Source: Octopus bimaculoides (Eukaryota). Taken from it: a stretch of DNA of 34,658 nucleotides. Below the pieces are notes generated by a model. It had not been told where the DNA came from and did not search any database. It saw nothing but the letters and a program-made list of their open reading frames with translations. The translations under genes and the position numbers were made by a program. Below, in pieces: positions 23,590 to 34,658 of the stretch (position 1 is its first letter; each line of letters opens with the position of its first letter). The DNA lies in assembly GCF_001194135.2 (NCBI RefSeq), contig NC_068981.1:13078097-13112754 (forward strand). Direction: 5' to 3'.

Positions 23590-24480
23590 TGTTTCCAGTA
23601 TTGTTTTGATGATGTAACTTCTTTGATGAATCCGCTCTTCTTTGTGTCTCTTACTGCGATGTGCTTTCATTACCTACCTCGTATATCTTTGAGGTTGTTT
23701 GGCAGAATGTTTGAAAAGTTGTGGGCCCTTGAAACCTAGTTATTACAGTACTGCGCCCTTATATGGAGATGATATCTTTGGTACAATGTTGTGCCATTCA
23801 TTTTGATGATCAGTGTAGCTTTCAATTTAAAACGTTTGGTCTAATTTTTCAGTATGTTCCACATGTATATCACTGAATGTCTCTCACATCCTCTCTCTAC
23901 AGAAGTAGAGAATCAGTTCTTATAGCTCCTCTCATCTGTTGAACCGAGGCAATTTTCTTTGTAAAATGGTATTGGATTTCCTTGAGTTTCGCTATCAATT
24001 TGATGCTAATCGGTGAGCACAGTTGTGAGCTGTAATTCAAGCGAGTTAAGATTGATTGTACACCAAAGAAGTAGTATAGAATCGTTTTCCCTTTTTCTGA
24101 AGGATCTCAGAATCCAACTAACCACTCATTTCAGCAATTTTGCCATCTTGGAAAATTGCACATAGAATGTAGCATAATTGCTCGTGCACCGAATCTAATT
24201 CCGTGATTGCACCACTCTACTTCTGAGTATTTTGATTGTAGTTGGCAGGCCGATAGTAGATTGTTTGAAAATTGTTAGTATTGATCTGAATATTATTTCC
24301 ACCAGTCCTTTTGCATATTACAATCAAGCCTTTCCGTAGTTTAGGATGACACCAATGATCCTCACACCCTACGATATATTTGTATCATAGCTGACCATAT
24401 GACTGAGATAATGCTGGATAGAGCAACCAGAAGCAGTTGTGTCCCCGTACATTTCTCTGTTGGATACCGCTGAGGATTTA
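23590..24480 (-). mobile_element. CR1-group LINE reverse transcriptase C-terminal fragment (pseudogenised)
   Basis: Frameshifted minus-strand translation: a GVPQG..LGPLLF-like remnant (~24420-24470), a YADD-like remnant (~24390), SWILRSFRKREND.ILLLW, RLNYSSQLCSP..KLKEIQYHFTKKI, IYMWNIL, GFKAHNFSNILPNNLKDI. Confidence 0.8.
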
Positions 24481-25155
24481 TTTCTTTCTTGCTAACGCAT
24501 ATCCACACAAATATAGACAGACACACACATATAGAAACACACGTGTACACACATGAATGTATCGAGTAACCTGCGATATTTCTAATGCTGAAACCAGGTC
24601 TATTTAACCATTCCTTTGACCATTATAATTTATTTAGACGATTTAATGTTTAATAAACTCAAAATTTATACTAAACCACAAATATTGGATATTTTAATGA
24701 AGTGTTGACATTACATTTTTATTGGACATTTATTAATTAAAATTTGGGATTTGACTCTCCTGGTGAATTTGTTTACAATCTATAATCACTGTAACGATTC
24801 ATCCTCACCAGGATGAAATTTTAATTAATAATTATTGTTTGTTTCGAATTTCATTTTCATGCAGAGATTATGCATATGTATTCTTCCATATTTTAAAACC
24901 TAATCTTCGTCAGAGCTATACAATGCAGTAATAAAATTCCCATTTCATGTGCACATGTACACTTATTAAATTTTCTGTTTACTGTAATTTTTTTTATTTG
25001 CATAATAGAGCAGATAATTAACAATCATGTGGTAACATTTTTTATTCTTCATGCACTTTTGTTTGTTCTTATTGTTGCTTGCATTGACTAGTTTTATAAG
25101 ATATTTTCTCTTTGTTTACTACATGCGCTGTTATTTTTGTTACTATTACTGCTAG

Positions 25156-25293
25156 AGTTGTCTCATTATCACTCGGAGAAAGATGGTATTTCTACTACGG
25201 AAATAATTAGTGATATGGGAGGAAAAAATAACAATGCATCATTTGGTATTCTTCATTTGCTATCTCTTATGCTCATACTGACAGCTTTCAATT
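25156..25293 (+). CDS. Candidate internal/penultimate coding exon (phase 1-1, 138 nt) ending in a hydrophobic tail
   Basis: T-rich tract with TAG acceptor (25154-55) and GTGAGT donor (25294). Open frame ELSHYHSEKDGISTTEIISDMGGKNNNASFGILHLLSLMLILTAFN. No homology recognised and partner exons are not established. Confidence 0.3.
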
Positions 25294-25685
25294 GTGAGTT
25301 TTGTATGAATATTTCAACAACATCAATTATTTTGATGCATATAGAAATAATTCTATTAATTTATTTGAACAATTCGCATATCCAGTCCATGAGACCGATA
25401 TAGGTTATGGTAAATAAGAGTGTGATTGAATTATTGTTATGACTATGATTACTTGTAAACATTTCATACGGTTAAGAAATAATGAAATATTGCTGCATAT
25501 ATGCGTCCATATATGCTATAGTATGTAAGCATAGTTCCTTATATATATAGTAATACACATACAAACACACAAACACGCATGAACACACATACATATGTGT
25601 GTTTATATATAATAAATATATAATTAAATGAATATATATATATACATATAAATATACATATATGTATATATATATATACCCCCCC

Positions 25686-25743
<58 letters not shown>

Positions 25744-25765
25744 AAGGATATGAGACACTTATTCG

Positions 25766-25840
25766 TTAGCCATGATAAAAATCCGAGTTTCGGATGGCTG
25801 GGTGGGAGCCCACGTCAACATCTCTTCAGTTATCCGGCTA
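25766..25840 (-). ncRNA. Type I hammerhead with long stems I and II and a decayed cleavage triplet
   Basis: Minus strand reads TAGCC-G-GATAA-CTGAAGA-GATG TTGAC GTGGG CT CCCAC CCAGC CATC-C-GAAA-CTCGGA-TTT/TTATC-AT-GGCTA. Stem I is 5+5 bp with an internal loop. Stem II is GATG:CATC plus GTGGG:CCCAC. The stem III/NUH region is imperfect. Confidence 0.6.
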
Positions 25841-26006
25841 TAGAAAATTCCTGTGAAAAATATAACAAATCAGAACCTAAAGGCAAAATTAATAGAGGTC
25901 ACAAAAGTGAAAGAGGGTATTGACTAGCACCGCTTTTGCTAAAACAACTCAAAATCCACAAAGGCATTTTCTGATGACTAAAAAGGGAGGTAAGTTGCCA
26001 CCGTAT

Positions 26007-26066
26007 ATAGTCGGATCGCGATTTCGGATCTTCATGCATACCGTGTTGATCCTCATCAGCAAATCT
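26007..26066 (-). ncRNA. Type I hammerhead ribozyme with canonical core
   Basis: Minus strand reads GATTTG-CTGATGA-GGATC (17-nt loop) GATCC-GAAA-TCGCGA-TC/CGACT. Core boxes are canonical, stem II is a perfect 5 bp with the G10.1:C11.1 pair, stem III is the palindrome ATCGCGAT, and the site is AUC (26014/26013). Stem I is short (G:C, U:G, U:A, mismatch, A:U). Confidence 0.8.
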
Positions 26067-26333
26067 TAACGCCTAGGTTTGAACTCAACTATTTCTGTCA
26101 GTCTTATAAGAAAAAAACTTTTAAAACGTGTGGTGATCTTGAGAAAGTTAAAAGTGTAAACAACAAATTAAAAAGTGTGGCTTATTAGCAATTACTGCCT
26201 AAAAACAAAATTAGTAGAAAATTAATTAAAAAAATTATAGAGAGTACTAACCACCACCACTTTTGCAAAAAATAAGAGTTAAAACAACTAAAAAACACAA
26301 AAGCACTGCCTTAATGACAGACAAAGGGAGGAG

Positions 26334-26364
<31 letters not shown>

Positions 26365-28842
26365 TTGCTTCTTGTGATTTATGGTTCAGTATGTGACATT
26401 TTACGTATGTGTTGCAAACACTTTTGAAAATTTAGATCGAGAGAAATCAAAATATATCAGTAAAGAAGCCAATATATTAATCTATTTTAATCTAATTGAT
26501 TTAAGTTCTCTTTTGTTTATTAATCCCTAAGTAGTTATTTAATTCTCTTATCTGCAATTTATATATTATCTACCATAATATTTATCGCTCTTATTCTGTT
26601 TCTCATTAAAATATATTACATTTAAACGTATGGTCAATCCGTACATGATCAGAATTTAACCCATTTTGCTAAAAAAATATGTTTCATTGAATTTCCATAT
26701 AATGTTTACACTAGTTCTGTATCATTTAATATTATTATGTTAAACACAGCCTGACGGTCTGTGGGCTGACTGTCATTTTGGAGTATTGATCTTCATTACT
26801 GACAACTTAAGGTTTTATACTTCCTTAGTTTGGGAATGCTTCAACTAATTTCAGCCATTTTCATTCATCTAGCGTAAGTACTCCACATATTGACGATTCT
26901 AAACAACTTATGGTTAAAATGTCCTTGTATGCCAAGCGAAATGTGAAGCCACCGATATAGGAAAATAGCGAATAAAAAGAACACTGATGAGACTAATAGC
27001 CGACTGGATGAATAAAATCATATTTCTTTCATATGTTCCTATATCAATGGCGACAATATATCGTGTTGGTCTATGGCTGACTGTAATTGTTTGCCCTTCA
27101 GAACATCCGACAAGATGAAAATGTTTCTAGTATTCTTACCAACCGTTTAAGCACAAATATGTCATAAGGAATTTTATCTGAGGGCGAATACGGCAGTAAA
27201 TTTACGTTTCCTAGTGTATTTCCATTACGTAAGAAACATATATGGCTATTTAAACACCACCTTTTGGAAATGACTACACTATGGATATCACTTAATATAT
27301 GCTACTCTCTGAGAAGCTAATGTTGGAAGAGGCTTATTCAGAAAATATTTTACACCTGCTCCGGTAAATGTGGTAGCAGTTATATATGCCAAGATATATA
27401 TGTCTGTTATTCATTAGCAAAACTTTATTTGTGTTTTCAGAATTTTTCACTACGGCTTCTTCTAATAGAACGAACAACGAAGAAACAGAGCAGCACAAGA
27501 TACGCCTTCTCAAATGTAAACATTCAAATACCATTTGAATACAGTAAAATGTATTTATAATAGAAGAACAGAGTTTGATCCTGGGTGAACAATGTAACAT
27601 GTCAACTAAAGAATTAAATATACATGCAATAATAGATAGCAAGAATAGGAAGAATTTGAGACAAGTAAAACAAATATGCATATCATAAATGTGACCGTAA
27701 AATTAACTACAGTATAAACTTCAAAAATATAAACTAATCAGCTAACAACAAATTATTTATTAACATTATAAGCAATCGCTTGGTTTGAAACATACCGAAT
27801 TTAGTCTGAGGAATAGTGGTATCAGCACCATGACCCGGATGTGTGGCCTCGTTGCATGAGAAAATTATAAGAAAATATGCAAGGAATATGCCGGTTAATA
27901 AAACTCCATTTCGAAACAATGTTGAAAATGTTCACATGTCCTCCAAATAAAAAGTGACCACATATAAAAAGCAGAAAGTAAACATTTTCGCTCCTTTAAT
28001 GTAGAATATATTAAGGAGACACGAAGGCAGTATGATAAAATAGGTAAAGCCTTTGCGTTAAGCGTTCGCACAGAAACTGGTGATATAATACATGGGTTAT
28101 CTCCGAACCAGAGTCTAACTAAATAACAATGATACCATCGATATAGAAAGACTTTCAAGTTATGCAATAGAAATAGCTTATATATATAACGTACTCAGCG
28201 TATCTAGTGCTGAAAATTCAGAACCTGCAGTTTCGCCTGAGACAAATCAATGTATTGGTTTTAAAATTAAAAAAAAAAATTAAAAAAAAGAAGAAAATTA
28301 GAGCTAAGCGGAAGAAATCACTCTGGCAGAGACCGCGTGAGTAACAGATACGCACTTCACGTCGTACGACTCGTCAATGTCGCGTACACGTGTCATTTCC
28401 CAAATGAGGTCGAATCGGCCATACTCATGTCTATAGAGACAGTATATTAATTACACACTGGTCTGCAATGATGCTGCATATTTTGAATGAAATGTGAATT
28501 TGAATTATACGATAGAAACAGGTCTAGAGTAAAATCTTCATATATATATAACAATGTGTGTCTCTCATTGAAAAGACAGAAGCTGCACATTTTTGCCCAG
28601 GAAAAATCCATTTAGAGACGAATTTTGTTACTAAAAGAAAACACTTCAAAGCTAGGGGTAATGAAAACACCCTGTAAGAGAAAAGTTACCGTGATAACGA
28701 CAAGTTTATATTCCATCTTTGTTGGAGCTTTTCCATGCCACGTACGCGTGTCTGTTCCAAAACGACGACGCAAAAAGAATGATAAATTAGTTTAGTGTTT
28801 TTAGATCTCTGATTTCTCACGGTGTTTTATGATTATGTGTTT

Positions 28843-28889
<47 letters not shown>

Positions 28890-30186
28890 TTATAGCTAAT
28901 TTAATAACTGTGCTTTCATATGAATTGTCTTTAACTATATAGTATCCTTTCATCGTCATATGTTTACTTGTACATACAATTTTGAAGTTCCGTATTTATT
29001 AGTTGAATCTCTCATTCTGTTCAAGGCACATACAGGATTAACTATTGAAGGCTGCCAATGTTCGAAAAAGCAATTATCCAAGAAATATCTATTTCATCAA
29101 AATATATGAAAAATAACTTGAGATTCAATTTTCAAATTAGCTACATTTATTTACAAAGTGTAACACGTGCATTGTTTCTAAAAGATTTCTACTGAAATGA
29201 AAAAAAATAGAGCTACACAATAAATATCCAATCTCTTGATAAAGATCTGAAGTACTTAATGTGCTCCGTTTTTGTCTATAAACATAAGGGACAAATTAAT
29301 TATGTTCCGATCTTCTAAAAACTATGGAATTTTTATACGATTTCACCCAATGATCTTATACATAATGTATAGAAATGCAAAACGATCATCTGCATATTAT
29401 ATGATTGGTTACGTTTTAAAACTTTGCGTGAAGTCGCACGAATGAGTTTCTTCGTTAATTGATAATACAACGTAACAACGGGAGACATGTGCATTAATTT
29501 TAAAATAGAATTGTTTGTAAAGGTATAACGTGCTGCCTAGGAGTTTCGTTATAGCGTCACACAATAACGATTTTGTGTTATTTTTGCAGGTTCCTTAGGA
29601 TCAGATTTTTACATTTCTCGTGTTCAATTTTACTTTTGAAAAAGTAACACTAACATAGATGCGCCGATGTCATCAATAACTGGCAACACGTACGTTTCTT
29701 AAATAGACATAACGCATTCTCAAAAGCAATTGTAAACAGTATTTCCTCCTTTGATTTTCATTTAATAGCGCGTTTCTCTCTCCTGTTACCTCCACTCTTC
29801 TTATCTAAGATCATATCATCTTGTACTCCCCATCATTTTAAACCAGATTTCCAAACACGAAAGACATTATACGACGCCGCTTTTCTGATATTTTACTTCC
29901 GCCATGATTACCATGAAAAAAATCTCTGTCGGAAACGTTGTATACTTCATTTCTTACAGAAAATTCACTGTAATATTTCTGACGCCAGTTTCAATACAAC
30001 TTTTGCCGAGCAGAGTACAGACAGTCACCTGAGTTTAGATTATATCTAATCCATGTATGTATATATTATGTATGTATGTATGTATGCGTATACAAATGTG
30101 AATCTATTTTTATCTTGCAACTATATGTGGTTTGTTGGCGATTTTCTTCGTCCGTCTTCCTTTTCTTTTGGACTTTCCTCTGTCTC

Positions 30187-30225
30187 CTGTTTCTGAAGAA
30201 GAGCTTTTCTCGAAAAGTAAAACAG
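30187..30225 (+). ncRNA. Minimal type I hammerhead (39 nt)
   Basis: CTGTTT-CTGAAGA-A-GAG CTTTT CTC-GAAA-AG-TA/AAACAG. Stem I is a perfect 6 bp, stem II is 3 bp, and the site is GUA (30219/30220). The stem III palindrome ACGT is changed to AAGT. Confidence 0.7.
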
Positions 30226-30350
30226 CCTTTCTTTCCTTCCCTGACCGTCTTATTAATACCTTGTATGTACTACGTCCTCGCGTTTTTGTTTTCTCTTGTC
30301 TTTTTTTCCTTTTTTTTCTATTAATCATGTATATATATCAAATTTAGGGT

Positions 30351-30930
30351 AAGAGAAAACGAATTCAAAGTCGATGTATATATTCATTCAATCCATATTA
30401 ATGAAATTCTCCATGGTATACAAAATACATACATAGATGCATTCATCAATATGATATATAAAAATTTCCTAACAATTTCTAAATACATACATATACATAA
30501 AATTTATAACTGTATAAAAATTCATAGACATAAAAAAATTATAAACACATAAAAATTCATAAATATAAATATATAAAAATGTAAGTCCATAAATGTACTT
30601 GCGAAGTCGGAATGAAGAGAATGATAAAGCGGATGTAAAATGATTTATAAATAGTCTGGAACATGTATAAAATCTATGTATAAAGTCTTACGGCTGTTTC
30701 GAAAATATATAGGTTGGTTTCCTCGAGCTAACTCTAACCATAGCAATACTCTCTATTTATCTCATCAGAGTTAATAGAAACACAAGGTTAAAACTTTAAT
30801 GAAATGGTGGGCTAAATAATTTAATAACAATCGAATGTTTGGTCGGACATATGAAGTTAAATGCTAAAATGTATTACGACACAAGGTAATAATTGAATAT
30901 ATCCATCGACCTTTGAATTCGTTTTCTCTT
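30351..30930. mobile_element. ~580-bp element bounded by ~37-bp inverted repeats, containing a hammerhead motif
   Basis: AAGAGAAAACGAATTCAAAG-TCGATGTATATATTCA (from 30351) versus the reverse complement of ~30894-30930, AAGAGAAAACGAATTCAAAGGTCGATGGATATATTCA. AT-rich, non-coding interior. Confidence 0.65.
30684..30770 (-). ncRNA. Hammerhead motif with ~60-nt stem II insert and weak stem I
   Basis: Minus strand reads CT-CTGATGA-GATAAATAG..GGTT..GAGTTAGCTC..AACC..CTATATATTTTC-GAAA-CAGCCG-TA/AGACT. The GAAACAG(C/T)GTAAGAC tail is shared with the 10965 motif. Only 2 bp of stem I remain. Confidence 0.55.
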
Positions 30931-31024
30931 CTTAATTTTATATCCCTGAAGCTCTACCAAATTGTTAATCGGTTGAGTTGTATAAAGTGGATATCTATAT
31001 CACTTATTTTTCATTATATATATA

Positions 31025-31601
31025 CACGGGCATGCAGGAAGTAAATAGACACATTTAATTTTCAAAATCTTTTATTTGATATCAATCGGTTGAAGGAGAG
31101 ATTTTCTTCTATATGCTCGTCCATAATACCCAAGCTTATGCCGATATGTAATACACGTTCTTGGACTAAATTCGAGCTATTTTGCAATGTTAGAAGCCTT
31201 CGAACGGGGTTCGTATTCCACAATTCCCTCCAAACAGCGAAGCTTCCTTTCCGAGGGCCCAAGTCGGCCGGCACGAGAATATATTGATTCTTTTCCTTGG
31301 CTTTCGAATTGCACTTTAATTCTATTAACAATAGCAAAGAGGAATTTGTGGATTTTCGGCAATTTTTCGCTGGTTAAGTCCAGCCTCAGATCACCAACAA
31401 TACGACCTCTTTGAAAATCTGACTGTTTTTCTCAATGTTTTTTGCGTGGCATGGTTACTCTTCTCAAATGTTTAATATAACGGCACTTAGAATGAAAAAG
31501 AATAATTATATTGTAAATTCTACACCGCTGAAAACAAACATATTAAGGCACTTAAATCAGAAATTTTGAAAATTACAGGCGTCTATTATTTCCTGCATGT
31601 C
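31025..31601 (-). mobile_element. Internally deleted Tc1-like transposon with both TIRs
   Basis: From ATG 31452 minus: MPRKKH*EKQSDFQRGRIVG/EAGLNQRKIAE..IVNRIKVQFESQG..RAGR..RKLR..PRSKASNIAK*L..HKLGYYGRAYRRKSLL, a Tc1 paired-like HTH region with no DDE domain. Left end TA|CACGGGCATGCAGGAAGTAAATAGAC. Inverted copy GTCTATTATTTCCTGCATGTC at 31581-31601. Confidence 0.9.
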
Positions 31602-31650
<49 letters not shown>

Positions 31651-31729
31651 GCGTGTGCGTGTGTGTGCGTGTGTNNNNNNNNNNNNNNNNNNNNNNNNNN
31701 NNNNNNNNNNNNNNNNNNNNNNNNNNNNN

Positions 31730-31788
<59 letters not shown>
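31602..31788. repeat. (TA)n-(TG)n microsatellite spanning a small gap
   Basis: Seen directly. It explains six overlapping CV/TH-repeat ORFs. Confidence 0.95.
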
Positions 31789-31790
<2 letters not shown>

Positions 31791-33814
31791 ATAAATACAT
31801 ACTTGCAACCACATATTGTGTTTCAGGCAAATTCAAGACAATGTATTCTCAAAATCCTTAGTTATAAATATTGTTTACTAAACACCGGTCGAAAGTATCG
31901 ATCGCAGCACTTGTGCAGCTAGGTTGTTAATATAGCCATGCCCTCAATCTATCGAGCCTTTTTTTAGGTCTGAGAATATTTTAAAATATCACCCGAAGTA
32001 TCAATAATCAGAAAAATGTACTGTTCAGTAGTTTCGTTCATTTTCTTCCTTTACTTCTTTTTGTAATTAGCTCTTCCAATTACGACAATTAACTTTCAAA
32101 TAGTTTTAAGTGAAATTAGAGCATTGTAATTATCTTTGCTGTAGGGGTGTAAATTAAGCAATAATTACCATTATCACGTTTCTCAAATATGCATCAGTAA
32201 AAATCTATAAATAACAAGAAAATGAACACCATTTAAATATCTATGATATAACATGATTTTGTTACAGATATATTTGAAATTCGAACTGTTGTAAAAATTA
32301 GATAGTACTTCTCTGTCCTTGGTTCAAATTCTTCCTAAAAGTATTTGCCTTTTCTGATAAAATGATATTGAATAGCCCACTAGTATCATTCGTTGCATTA
32401 TTTAAAATAACTGACAGAATGATCAGAATATTCGGCGGATACTTACATAACCAAAACCTCCGTTTAAAGTATTTTTACCTACATTTCAAGTTACACTGTG
32501 ATTTGTCGTTGAAAATAGCATGAAAAATATTCCATCATTCTCACAGAAAACAAATAATGTTCAAGGTTTTAAAACATTTATTTATGTTAATCGATCGAAT
32601 GAGTGTTAAAAACAAGTAGTATACATTCGACACCATTTCAAGTCATTCGGAATAGCAGCTCTATGATGTTTACCCCTATGTACTAGCTGTTTCTACATTA
32701 TATTTGGTTATATATGTTGAATATAGCTTTCTCAATGTGTTTACTAAATGCATTTACTGGCAGGAAATTTTCTTTGGCAGATGTTTGAATACAACATATC
32801 ATTTTTCAGAAATATGTGTTACAGTAATAAATTTTAGCTTCTAAATATTCGTCTGACAAACAGACACCGAAGAGCAACGTTATGCCCTGAAAGCCCATTT
32901 GATTAGTGTAAATAATTACCGAAAGTGAAAAGGTTAGGTGATTTTAAAAAACAATATACGCACTGCCTCACAAATTCACCATTCAATAGACACTGTTGGA
33001 TAAATTTCTATATACATATAAAAGAGATAATTAATGCGGGGTACGTTTGTAATTATAAAGATACTAGTCTCAGAAGACTGAAGGTAAACGCTGATGTTGA
33101 AATCGTTGATGAAAATATTCATTACCTGTTTCAAGTTTTCACAAATTCATCTCATTGTTACAAAGGAATCATAGTTAGTCTAAAAGGTCAGGCGGAATAT
33201 GAACATACTGTCTGTTTCTAATACACAAAACAAGGGGTGAAATAAAAGTGAAGTTACGATCACTGAATAAATTAATAACGTTTGAATATTTGGTGTATGT
33301 GCTATAATTTATCACCTGTAACAAATAAACTTTAGAAACTATAAGTGTTATAAATAGAAGGAAAAATACTATGGATACTGCATTTCTAGTTTGTTGTACG
33401 CTTGAAGCAAAGTACAACTCGTGTTAAGTTTTTGGAGCTAAATACTAAAAAAGAAAAGCCTGACTAATTAAACGATAAAGATGGAATATTAGAGCGGAAT
33501 TAATTATGGATATTAATATGCAGCTACTATTCATGTCATTAAAGGAAAAATTATAATATACTATTCACAAGACTAAATATATAAAATAGGATCAATAGAA
33601 ATTAAGAAAGTATTTAAACCCTAATTGCAGCAGTTAGATATGGACATCAACAAATGACAACAAGGAAACGTAATGAATTAAAGCAATGAAATAAACGAAC
33701 ATTGAACGAGAAATCATGAAAGATCACTTAGGCGCATCTATAGATCTTCTAAACAATGTTTGACTTAATTCGTGGCACGGTATTAAACGTAATCTTTCTG
33801 ATAATCATTTAATG

Positions 33815-34020
33815 CATTGGCTAACATAGGCACAAAACCACAACATTTCGAGGAGGAATGAGGTTCAGGAAATTGAATAGTACCCTTGAAATGTAATTTG
33901 TTCCATTGATCCTGGCAAGATTAAAGGCAAAGCTGACCTCTGACATGTACGAACTCAGAATTTAAAGAGACACGGCTAATTGCTAAATGACATGTGTCCA
34001 TCGTGCTATCGATCCTATTA
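33815..34020 (-). mobile_element. Old degenerate SINE (family C-related)
   Basis: TTAAAGGCAAAGCTGACCTC..GAACTCAGAAT..TGCTAA resembles the 12828 copy (AAAAGCAAAGTCGACTTCGG..GAAGTCAGAAC..CGCTAAGC). Confidence 0.6.
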
Positions 34021-34658
34021 TCGACCTCCCATTAAAATGATGCCTAATAACGTTGCACACGAATACTTAATCTATGATGATGTCAAAAAATTATATTAAT
34101 ATTATAATGGGGTTTTCAAATATTTGCATTACTCACCTAGAGTGTGTCTACAAAATACAGGGTTTGTTTCTAAATTAGTAATATTTAAATACGAAATCTG
34201 GAGTGTAAGTTGTTGCTTAGGATATACAAAAAATACTGTATTTTATAAATATAGATGAATGGATTATCATTAACTTAAATTCTACCGATTACACAAGCAA
34301 AGAATGAAGAAGTGTTGTTAGCTTACTGAAACGAAACAAAAATGCTTTGTTAATTATTTCATTATAAATAACAGAGCTTAAGATTTTTGAAAATATTCCC
34401 CGAATGTTGGCATTATTTTGAAATTTTGATACTAAAAGTGAGAGAATTATTTATCGGCAGCTTATGAAATCCACATCAATGAGTATGTTTCACAGATAGA
34501 CACTTTGGCTGTGTGGTATACAATCTCAGCCAACAAGATATAAAATGAGGGGGCTAAACAAAAGATATTTTTGCATTGATTACCGGGCGAATTACGAATA
34601 TGTATTGTCAGAGGTCATACTCACAGTAGTTCAGACTGTAAATTATATATATATATAT

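Noticed and set aside
24798-24817. 8-bp stem hairpin TTCATCCT-CACC-AGGATGAA
   Set aside because: Too short to interpret and does not complete a ribozyme fold.
26983-27005. CTGATGA-GACTAATAGCC-GACT
   Set aside because: The GAAA box is broken and there is no stem I or III.
32925-33221. 98-aa ORF
   Set aside because: GTG start, no motif and no supporting splice structure.

Overview
AT-rich, microsatellite-dense eukaryotic DNA with eight N-gaps, most likely from an octopus draft assembly; the organism is inferred from the SINE families and repeat style. No intact protein-coding gene can be recognised. The long ORFs in the track are artefacts of microsatellites and gaps. The window is a patchwork of decayed transposons: tRNA-derived SINEs of three families, a mariner, a maT/DD37D element, an internally deleted Tc1, Tigger-like and hAT-like MITEs, a CR1-like LINE RT fragment and two Penelope-like (GIY-YIG) remnants. 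The most striking signal is a set of at least eight type I hammerhead ribozyme motifs (CUGANGA / stem II / GAAA / short palindromic stem III / NUH). They lie on both strands and have very different stem II inserts. They occur as same-strand pairs about 235-260 nt apart, at both outer ends of a 520-bp foldback, and inside a 580-bp element with inverted repeats. This suggests a family of non-autonomous, ribozyme-bearing, Penelope-associated or retrozyme-like elements. Self-cleavage is not demonstrated, and several copies carry core or stem I defects.
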